Shown piece by piece: positions 39,101-48,940 of a stretch of DNA of 64,000 bases. This stretch comes from Camelus dromedarius (taxonomy: Eukaryota). The stretch spans positions 57,600,001-57,664,000 of the forward strand of contig NC_087436.1 of NCBI RefSeq assembly GCF_036321535.1. Direction: 5' to 3'. How positions within the stretch are numbered: position 1 is the stretch's first letter; the number at the start of each line of letters is the position of its first letter. A program made the position numbers and the translations under genes. Below the pieces are notes generated by a model. That model did not search any database. It worked only from the letters and a program-made list of their open reading frames with translations, and was not told where the DNA came from.

Positions 39101-41832
39101 AAAGCTCAGGACCATAGGTTCTCACTGGCAAATTCCACAAAATGGTTAAAGACTTAATACCTATCCTTTTCAAACTCTTCCAAAACTGTGAAGAGAAGGG
39201 AACACTTCCTTACTAATTTTACAAGGCCAACATTACCCTGATACCAAACCAGAAAAAGACAAAACAAAAAACACAAAATCACAGGCCAATATCTCTGATG
39301 AACACAAGACACAAAATCCTCATCAAAATATTAGCAAACTGATTCAACAGCATATCAAAAGGATTATATATCATGATCAAGTGGGATTTATTCCAGGGAC
39401 ACAGGATGGCTTAACACCCAAAATCAGTAAATGTGATACATCATGTTAACAAAAATAAAAATAAAAATAAAAACCATGTGACCATCTCAACAGATGCAGA
39501 AAAAGCATTTGACAAGATTCAACACTCACTTTTGATAAAAACTCTCAATTAAGGGGGTATAGAAAGGATGTTCCTTAATATAATAAAAAGCCATTATGTG
39601 AGAATAACACAGCTAACATTCTATTCAAAGATGAAAAATTGAAATCTATCCTTCCAAGATCAGGAACGAGACAAGGATGCCCACTCTCACGACACTTATT
39701 CAATGTAGTAGTAGAAGTCCTAGCCAGAGAAATTAGGCAAGGAAAAGAAATAAAAGGCATCCAAATTGGAAAAGAGCAAGTAAAAGTGTCATTATCTGCA
39801 GATGATATGACTTATATAGAAAACCTAAAGACTGCAATGTAAAACTGTTTAGAACTAATAAATGAATTCTGTAAAGTCACAGGATACAAAATCAGTATAA
39901 AGAAATCTGTCACATTTCTTTGAAAGAATGGAAAAAAAAAAGGAGAAAAAAACAAAGAAAAAAATCTGTGGCATTTCTATACACTAATAACAAACTATCA
40001 GAAAGAGAAATTAAGTAAGCGATATTATTTACAATTGCATCAAAAAGAATAAAAACTTAGGAATAAATTTAACCAATGAGGTAAAAGTCGTATACACTGA
40101 AAAGTGTAAGACACTGATGAAATAAACTGAAGAAAACACAAATAAATGGAAAAATATTCCATGCTTATGGATTGGAAGAATTAATATTGTAAAAATGTCC
40201 ATATTACCCAAAGCAATCTACAGATTCAATGTAATTCTTATCAAAATTCCATTAGCATTTTTCACAGAACTAGAGCAAACAATTTGAAAATTCGTATTAA
40301 ACCACTGAAGATCTCAAAACAGCCATAACAATCTTGACAAAAAAGAATAAAGCTGGAGGTATCATGCTCCCTGATTTCAAAGCACACTACAAAGCTATAG
40401 TGATCAATACAGAATGTAGCTAGCACAAAAGCAGGCACACAGAACAGTGGAATGAAATTGAGAGCCCAAAAATAAACCCTAACATACACCCACAATTTAC
40501 AACAAAGGAGCAAAGAATATACAATGGAGAAAGGACAGTCTCTTCAATAACGATGTTGGGAAAACTGGACACCCACATGCAAAAGAGAATGAAACTAGAG
40601 CACCATGTTACAGCATACACAAAAATTAACTCAAAATGGACTAAATACTTAAATGTAAGACCTGAAGCCATAAAATTCCTAGAAGAAAACATAAGTGATA
40701 GCCACTGACATTAGTTTAGTGATGTTTTTGTGGCTCTGACTCCAAAGCCAAGGGAGACAAAAGCACAAATTAAAAAATGGGCCCACATCAAACTAAAAAG
40801 CTTCTTCACAGTGAAGGAAACCATTATCGAAATGAAGAGGCAACCTACTGAATGCAAGAAGATATTTATACATCATGTATCTGATAAGGGATTAGTATCC
40901 AAAATACATAAAGTATGCACAACTTAACAACAAAAAACCAAACAACATGTTTACAAAATGGGTAGAGGATCTGAACAGATATTTTTCCAAAGAAGACATA
41001 CAGATAGCCAACAGGCACATGAAAATATGTTCAGCATCACTAATTATTAGCAAAATAGCATTCAAAACCACAATGAGGTATTACCTCACACCAGTTAGAA
41101 TGGCTATTACCAAAATGAGAAGAAATAGCAGGTGTTGGAGAGGGTGTGGTGAAAAGGACACCCTCATACACTGCTGGTGGGACTGTAGATTGATGCAGCC
41201 ACTATGGAAAATGGTCTGGAGATTCCTCAAAAAATTAAGAACAGAACTATCAGACGACCCAATCTTTCCATGTCTGACCATTTAGCTAAAGAACATGAAA
41301 ATAATAATTTGAAAAAAATATGCACCCTATGTTCATTACAGCATTATTTACAATAGCCAAGATATGGAAGCACCCTAACTGTGCGCTGATAGATGAATGG
41401 ATAAAGAAGATGTGGCATACATATACAATGGCATACTACTCAGCCATAATAAAAAGAACAAGAGCCTGCCATTTTCAACAACATGAATAGACCTTTAGGG
41501 TATTATTTTAAGTGAAATAAGTCAGACAAAAAAAGACAAATACCATATGATTTCACTCACATATGGAATCTAAAAAAGCAATGAAAATGAATACAAACAA
41601 TATAAACAACAGCAAAGAAAAAAAAACCCAGAGTCAGAGATTCAGAACACATTAGTGTTACCAGTGGTTCGGTTGGGGAGTGACCAAAATGGGTTAAAGG
41701 AGTCAACTGTATAGTAATGTATGTTAACTTGATTTGTAGAGGGGATCACTTTGTAGTGTATTGAGATGTCAAATTATAATGCTGTACACCCAAAATTTAT
41801 ATAATAATAATAGTAATGATAATAATAATAAA
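36118..41832 (+). mobile_element. Near full-length inactive L1: partial 5' UTR, ORF1 (~36390-37250), spacer, ORF2 from 37746, 3' UTR, (AAT)n tail
   Basis: ORF fragments KVKDKERILKAAR...YKGNSIRLSADF (ORF1), MAISTYLSIITLNAKGLNSP and ICCIQETHF (endonuclease), GTRQGCPLS and LSADDM (RT), and [19 protein letters not shown] (Cys-rich domain). Many stops and frameshifts. Confidence 0.95.
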
Positions 41833-42765
41833 CAGGCATGCAAATAATTGGAAAATAAAACATAATGAGCAGAAAATGATAATCAATAGAAAAAGACTCG
41901 GAAATAACAGATTATAGAATTGGTAGATAAGAACATCAAAAAACTTATGCATTACATAAGTATAAAAAGACAAGTATGGAGCATATTAAGTAGAAATACA
42001 TAATGCATAAAATATACCTGATTGAATTTCTATGGCTGAAAACTAGAATGCCTGAAATATATACTGGGTAAGTCCAATGGCTTTTAGACACAGCAGAAGG
42101 GAAGATTAGTGAATATGAAAATATAATAATAAAAACTATCTCAGGTGAGGCCCTGAGAGAAAAAAGAACAGAAAAATAAATATAAACAGAGAATCAGTGA
42201 GTTGGTAGACACATGTAGGAGACAGAATTGATGCATAATTAGACTCTCTTAAGGTGATGAGAGTGAGAAGAACAGAACAAAACTTTGAAAATAATGGCCT
42301 AAATTTCTCCAAATTTGTTGCAAATCACAAACTTACAGAAATCCTAAACACAACATACATGAAGAAAACTACAAGAGGGAACTTCATGATCAAACTGTTT
42401 AAAACAATTTGTGTTAAAAATGATATTAAAAGTGCCCAGAGGGGAAAAATACATTTTTAAGTACAGAGAAACAAATATAAAAATTACTGCAGATTTTTCC
42501 TGAGAAATGATGCAAGCCAAGAGATAGCAAAACAACTTTTTAAAAATACTAAAGAAAAAAAAATACTGTCAATGCTTATATTTGAACAAAAGAATGTTGG
42601 AAATATATTATTTTGGCTTCAACTTTTAAAAACTAGAAAGAAGAGCAAATTGAACCCATCATAAACAGAATAAGGGAAGTAATAAAGAGTAGAGCAAATT
42701 CAGTGAAAAGGAAAATGAAGAACAATAGAGAAAAATCATCAGAATCAAAAGCTGGCACTTTAAAA
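41833..42765 (+). mobile_element. Old L1 fragment: ORF1-like part joined to a short ORF2 piece
   Basis: ttagacacagcagaagggaagattagtgaatatgaa...aaaattactgcagatttttcctgagaaatgatgcaagccaagaga (ORF1-like), then aaactagaaagaagagcaaattgaaccc...atcaaaagctggcactttaaaaag (ORF2). Confidence 0.7.
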
Positions 42766-43775
42766 AGAAGACATACAAACAGTCATCAGGTATGTGAAAA
42801 TGTGCTGGACATCACTAATCAACAAAGAAATGCAAATCAAAACTACAATGATATGTTGCCTCACACCTGATAATAGGATGGCTATTATAAAAAAAAAGAG
42901 AGAGAGAGAGAATATGCTTTGGCAAGGATATGGAGAAAAGAAAACTCTTGTATGCTATTGGTGGGAATGTAAATTTGTACAATCATTATGCAAAACAGTA
43001 TGGAGTTTCCTCAAAAAAATTAAAATAGAACTACCATATGATCTAGCAATTCCACTTCTGAGTACATATTTGAAGGAAATGAAATCTGCATCTCAAAGAA
43101 ATATCTGTAGCCCCATGTTCACTGCAGCATTACTCACGACTACCAAGATAGGGAAACAGCCTAAATGTCCACCAGTAGATGAAAGGATAAAGAAAATGTG
43201 ATTTATATTCAAAGACAAGCCACAGTAGAATAAATATATATACATATGTATATATATGAATATTATTCAGCCATAAAAAAGAAGAAAATCATGCCATTTG
43301 TGGCATGGATGCACTGTGAGAACATTGTGCTGAGTGAAACAAGCCAGACACAGGAAGAGAAATCCTGCACAATCTCACTTATATGTGGAATCTAAAATAG
43401 TCAAACCTACTGAAGCAGAGAGTAGAATGGTGGTGGCAGGGCCTGGGGTGGGAGGCACAGGGAATGAGGAAATCTTGGTCGAAGGGTACAAAGTTTCTTT
43501 TACAGACTATGGATAATTTCTAGAGACCTAATGCACAGCATGGTGATGACAGTTAGCAATACTGTATTGTATACTTAATATTTGCTAGGATAATAGATCG
43601 AATTAAATCTTCTCAACACATGCATACACAATGGTAACTATGAAGAGGTGATGGATATATATTTAGCTTGATTTTGGTGATCTTTTAATAACATACAAAT
43701 ATTAAAACATCAAGTTGTATACCTTAATACAATTTTTATATGTAAATGATATCTCAATAAAGTTACTTAAAATGA
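42766..43775 (+). mobile_element. 5'-truncated L1 (L1MA8-like)
   Basis: ORF 42794-43201 (KEMQIKTT...WWECK...ELPYDLAIPLL...KQPKCP) is the ORF2 C-terminus, and the 3' UTR ends tatctcaataaagttacttaaaa. Confidence 0.9.
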
Positions 43776-43789
43776 GAAGAAAAAAGAGA

Positions 43790-44760
43790 AAAGATCAATA
43801 AATTTGACTACAGTAATACTTTGAAGTTCAAAAGACACCATTAAGAGAGTAAAAAGACAAGCCATAATAGAACACATTTGCAATAGTCACATCTAACAAA
43901 AAATTTACCAATATATATTAATTTCTATATATCAATAATAACAAAACAGACAATAACTAGAAAAACGGGCAAGAGTTTTCATAAAAGATAACCAAATAGC
44001 CAATAAATATGTGAAAAGGTGGCAACCTCATTAGTTATGAGGGATATCCAAACTAAAAGAAAAATGAAATACCACTACATAGCCAATAGAATGATTAAAA
44101 TAAACAAATATATAATTATCAAGTGTTCACAAGAATATGGAGCTACCAGAATCCTAGTAGCTGCTGATGGGATTCCAAATTGGTTCAATCACTTTGACGA
44201 ACAATTTGGCAGCATCTCTAAAAACTACTGTACACATATCTTAAGACTCAGCAATTCCACTCCTTAGGTACACAACCCAAAGAGAAATATACGTAACCAG
44301 AGACATGAACAGGAATGTACATAGCAACATTATCCATAATAGCCTCAAACTGGAAAGAGCCTAACCAGTTTTTGAGAGTTGAATGGATAAAGTATGGAAT
44401 ACTCATGCAGTGGAACATTATACGGACATGAATATGAACAGATTTCATTATAACACCATGCATGGATTTCACAAACTAAATGTTGAGTGAAAAAATTCAC
44501 ACTGTATGATAATTGTTCAAAAGCAGGCAACATGGATGAAAGAGCTGAAAATCTCAGTGAGGGTTTGGGGGATAGAGAATATGGCTCAGATGGGGGAAAC
44601 GGGGGCTGTGTTACTGGTAACAGTCTTATCTTTTCCTAGGTAGCAATTACACTGGTGCTCCACTGAAAGGCAATTCACTGAGCTGCGCTTTTAAGTTTTG
44701 TGTACTTTTCTATACTTAAAAAAATATTTCACAATTAAAAAAATAAATAAAAGAAGCAAG
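43790..44760 (+). mobile_element. Old L1 3' part (L1ME-like)
   Basis: ataaatttgactac...caaaagacaccattaagagagtaaaaagacaagcca...cagcaattccactccttaggt...caattcactgagctg...A-rich tail. Confidence 0.8.
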
Positions 44761-46319
44761 GAGAGAGAAGGGTGAGTTAATAAAGACTATTTCTCCCTTT
44801 TTTTCTGTGTCCGCAATTTGAAAAGAAAATTTTTTTTCATAGACTCTGGATGCTAGAAGATAGGTTAAAGACAAAAAAATTATTTGCTAAATTAAAAATA
44901 CAATCCCACGTTGCTTTAGCATGGCAGAAATTTGGCTGGCCATTCTTACCACTTCAAGGTATGCAAAGGTCTGACTCTAAAGTTTGGTATTTTGATTTCT
45001 ACAACCCCTGGTGAGTTTGAAGTCTCCCAGCATCACTCTGCAGAAGCATATGCAATTTGTATTTTCCAAAGTGACCCTTCTGCTGTAAGAGAAATATTTT
45101 TGACACAGATTTGCATTTTGATGAGACTGGTTTGCCACTTCAAAAAAATATATCAACCTTCCTACTGTATATATTATCTAGCTTATAAAGGTCGTTAAAG
45201 AAGTAACATAATGTTTTCCCCTCAGGCATATACGGAACTTTATAATTTCACTGAAGTCAGGCAAAAAATTGAAGCTCTAAGTCTTATTCTGTGTGACTAT
45301 ATATGCATTTTTGTATTTACATGAAAATACAGAAAAGCAATTGTTTAAGATTTTCCAATTTGATTGTTTGGTAAATTAGCTTCTCATAGGTTTAAAAACT
45401 CACAAAGTGTTTATTACATAATCTTGGGCTGTGGAACTCTTTTATGAAATACAAATAAGGAAAAAACTAGGAGGAAATTCATCATTACCTTTCCTTATAA
45501 ACATTCTTTTTTCAATGTTTTCAAAAAACATTCTTTTTTCAATCCTTATTGAAACAGGTTACTAGCAAAATGGCCAAAAACACTTAGGGCAAGTAGAAAA
45601 TTTCCAATATTAGGGCTGACTGAACATGTTCAAGTAAGCCAGTCAATTGGAGTGTTGGTGAATATTAGAACATTTCACACTTACAAGATTTCAATTTAGA
45701 AAATATGAAGAAGGATATTGTTGGCAATTAGCCACTGCCAGGACAGTGTTCTATATGTAAGGATAGGCAATAATGATGTATATTCTAAATGCATGAGGTA
45801 TGTTGGTCATTTTTATGTATTAATCTATTCCTTGAAGCTCGTTCATAAACCATCAGATTGAGAGCCTGGTTGTGACTAGATTTGCAAATGCTTTAATATT
45901 TTCTTTTGGTGGAGGGTCTGAGGGTAATAAGGAGGGGTGTGTGAGATATGCAGGAAGTTTGCAGTTGGCCACAAGTTAGTATGTCCCTTATCTGAAGGTA
46001 GGGCAGGTTTTCAATGTGGCACATCTATCATTGGCACAACAGATAGGTTTAAGTGGTAGGGAGAGATAGCACAAAATCATATGTATTATGGTGAGAAAGT
46101 TGCTCCATTTACAATCATCTTCTAGTAGTTTCTTATTAAGGCAAGAACAAAGTCTCACTTTGGTGATAATAAGTCTCTTTAAAATTTTAAATCTATTTTT
46201 ATAAAGGGAAAGCAGATCTCAAACTCCCTTTGGCAGGGTACAGAAACTAATTAGAATTTAATGATATTTCACTCATATTATACTTACGGTTATTTTCCAT
46301 TTAATGTAAATAGCATTGC

Positions 46320-46860
46320 TTTTATATTTATATTAGTGAACACACCTTTATTAACAATAATTGTGACCCCTCTGTAATCTCAATTTCATACATTCCTCTC
46401 TCCTATGCCATCTATCTTTTGAGCCTCCTCCCTCTATCAAGTCCACAGTCTGGCCAAGATCTAAGATCTACTGATCCTACCATCTTTTCACTATCCCTCC
46501 CCACCCTCTTAGATGCAATTCCCTCTTACCCAGTTTAAAACCAGTGATTTGTTAAAATCAACACTGTATTTATCCTCAGCTCAGCCCTAACAGCAAGTCA
46601 AATCCAAAGCTCTAACTAGGGAATAATTTACCTGTGTGAGTCATTTTAAATTCGTGTCCACAAACTTCAAATGAGATTTAATGCAACCTCACAGTCATAT
46701 TACATCTACCTAGGAATTCTCTCCTCTACTCTCTTAGACAGATATTTCAGTGTTTTGTCTTTTAATACCCCAATTCCATACTCTCGTCCTCACTCTCAGA
46801 AGATGATCATGAAATCCATCTAATTTAGAAAATTAAAGCAATCTGAAGGAACTGCCAGAG
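46320..46860 (+). mobile_element. Decayed L2 ORF2 fragment
   Basis: actgatcctaccatcttttcacta...cattttaaattcgtg...ctcactctcagaagatgatc...gaaaattaaagcaatctgaaggaact. Confidence 0.5.
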
Positions 46861-47199
46861 AAAACCAAGGTACAAAACAGTTTACAGTGTGCACTTCAGG
46901 GCAAAAAAAGGAGGGGGAAATGTGTCTGTCTTTTCAAACTAAAACAATAGGAAAATCAACCGAAAGTAAGTACATATGGAGAGTGGAGGGTAACAGTGAA
47001 AGGAACAAGCACTGAATTAAGAATTTTGCGACTAACTTTGTTATTCAGCTTTAAATTTGAAAGAGTTAAGTATTTCACATAATTAAAAAGAATATTAAAT
47101 TTTAAAAAGAGCAAATTGAAAACAAACTGATACAAATGAACTTGAGACTATATCAAGTTAATGATGTAATTGTATAAATAAAAGAGTTACTTCAAACAA

Positions 47200-47465
47200 C
47201 TCTAAAATACAGTGACTGCTTCCCCTTATTGAAGGCCACAGTGCTTTGGGGCAGCTTTTTCATATAACTTTCTCTTCAGGTTCTAGTAACCATTCCCTTT
47301 CTTTGCCCCTTTAGGCCGAAGAGTGATAATAGCTCCTTCTGTAACTCCTGAGTATCATACCAATCTTTGTTACTTTCTTAAAACTCCACCCGCATCATTG
47401 TAAAGAGTTCCTTTAGTAAACTCTCCTCCATTTTCCAGGCAGGATGCACCATCTATGTCCTATTT
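47200..47465 (+). mobile_element. ERVL LTR (LTR16-like) 3' part
   Basis: tgcccctttaggccgaagagtgataatagct...ttgtaaagagttcctttagtaaactctcctc...tgcaccatctatgtcct resembles LTR16 R/U5. Confidence 0.65.
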
Positions 47466-48940
47466 AGTAGCATGTAGGGTCCCATGAAACAGAAGCACAA
47501 AAATGAGAGTCTGGGACTGAGTTGCTCACATATCTATGTAATGCATGTTGGTGGGAAATAGAACACCGTCAATCTACAACTTGTGGTTACACTATAATTA
47601 TTCAGTTACTACTAGTGTTGGCACGGGATGGAGTGTAGGTGGAATGCAATGCCTTGGGAGACTAAGTGGCTGTGGCAATAATAATGATTTTAAAGAATGT
47701 GATTCCAGCTAATTACTCTGAAGTCTTCGAATAATACAATGGTTAAAGGAGAAACTGAGGCAATGAATACCCAATTCATAAATAAGGTAAACTTTGAGAG
47801 GCTTGATGGCAGCTTTGAAGGAGTCTCTTAAATCATATAGCTTCAGGGCAGATATGACTGAGAACAAGATTAAGGCTTGACTAAGGGTAGCATAATTCAA
47901 CCACTAATTAAATCTTCTGCCCTATGCAGTCTCTCATGCTAAAGAAAGGGCACTGATGAGAAACTGACTTCCAAATCCCTCTGCAACTCCTTAGTATTGG
48001 AAGCAATCTCTCACCCCTTCTGAGGGTTATCAGCTTTCCTCAGCATAAATGATTCTCAGTGACTGGGCCCGAGGAATCACAGTTCTCTCCTGGACTCGCC
48101 CACAACGCCCCTCACAATACAGGCTACAAGTTAAATTCCAACATAACTAAGTCAGAGGAATAATACAGCCCACTTATGAAAGTTTTATGCCAAATAGGAT
48201 ATACTGTAAGTATTGACTAGGCAAATATATTGTCATGGATGGCAATGATCTGGGATTTGATATTTAATGTGCTGACTTGATACCTGGGAAGTCATGGTGA
48301 TAGTTTGTTGAATTGGCTAATTAAAGGATAGACCAATAATTGAATGGATTTTGGAGGTAACATATACACAACCTCTTTGATATACTGTAGAGATTCAGGG
48401 AGGTGCAAATGTTGGAATGGATCTGTTCTGAACCTGTTCACCTCCCTAACTACTAGTGAGAGGAAGACTCCCTATGCAAAGACATTAAGAAATGCACAGG
48501 AGGCGGTGGAGCACAAGCATCTTCTAAGAGTTCTATGTGCTTGTTCTTTGTTGGCCTGAACTGAAATTGGGAATACTGCAACACAATTGGATTTCTTGAT
48601 ATTAAAATGAATGAAGTATTCTAGGTTGATAAAGGCCAAGTGTAGATGTTTAGACAGAGTGGAACTACCATAATATGACATGCTTTTTGGAAATGGTAAT
48701 TGAATTGTATTGACCTTCAGAGACCTATAGGAATAGCTTATCATAGGGCTCCCAAATGTGAAATAGATAGGCAGCCTACTAAGATGCTTCTTGATAGGTA
48801 TGGACAAAACAATTCTAGACCTTAGGGCAGAAAACCTAGTCTCAATTGCTGAGAGGGAATGTGTAGCCTCTTACGCAGTTCCCAGAACTTACCTAGTGTA
48901 CAGTTCCAAAAACCCAGTATTGAAGAGGAGGCCAGGTTAG
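47466..48940 (+). mobile_element. ERVL internal (gag-region) remnant, no intact ORF
   Basis: Directly follows the LTR. ggcagctttgaaggagtctctt...cagggcagatatgactgagaac, tgggatttgatatttaatgtgctg and cagttcccagaacttacc...ttgaagaggaggccaggt resemble ERVL internal sequence. Confidence 0.6.

Noticed and set aside
36845..43201. Cluster of ORFs with endonuclease, RT and Cys-rich motifs as a functional locus
   Set aside because: They are broken fragments of L1 ORF1/ORF2 with many stops and frameshifts, and the RT FADD motif reads SADD.
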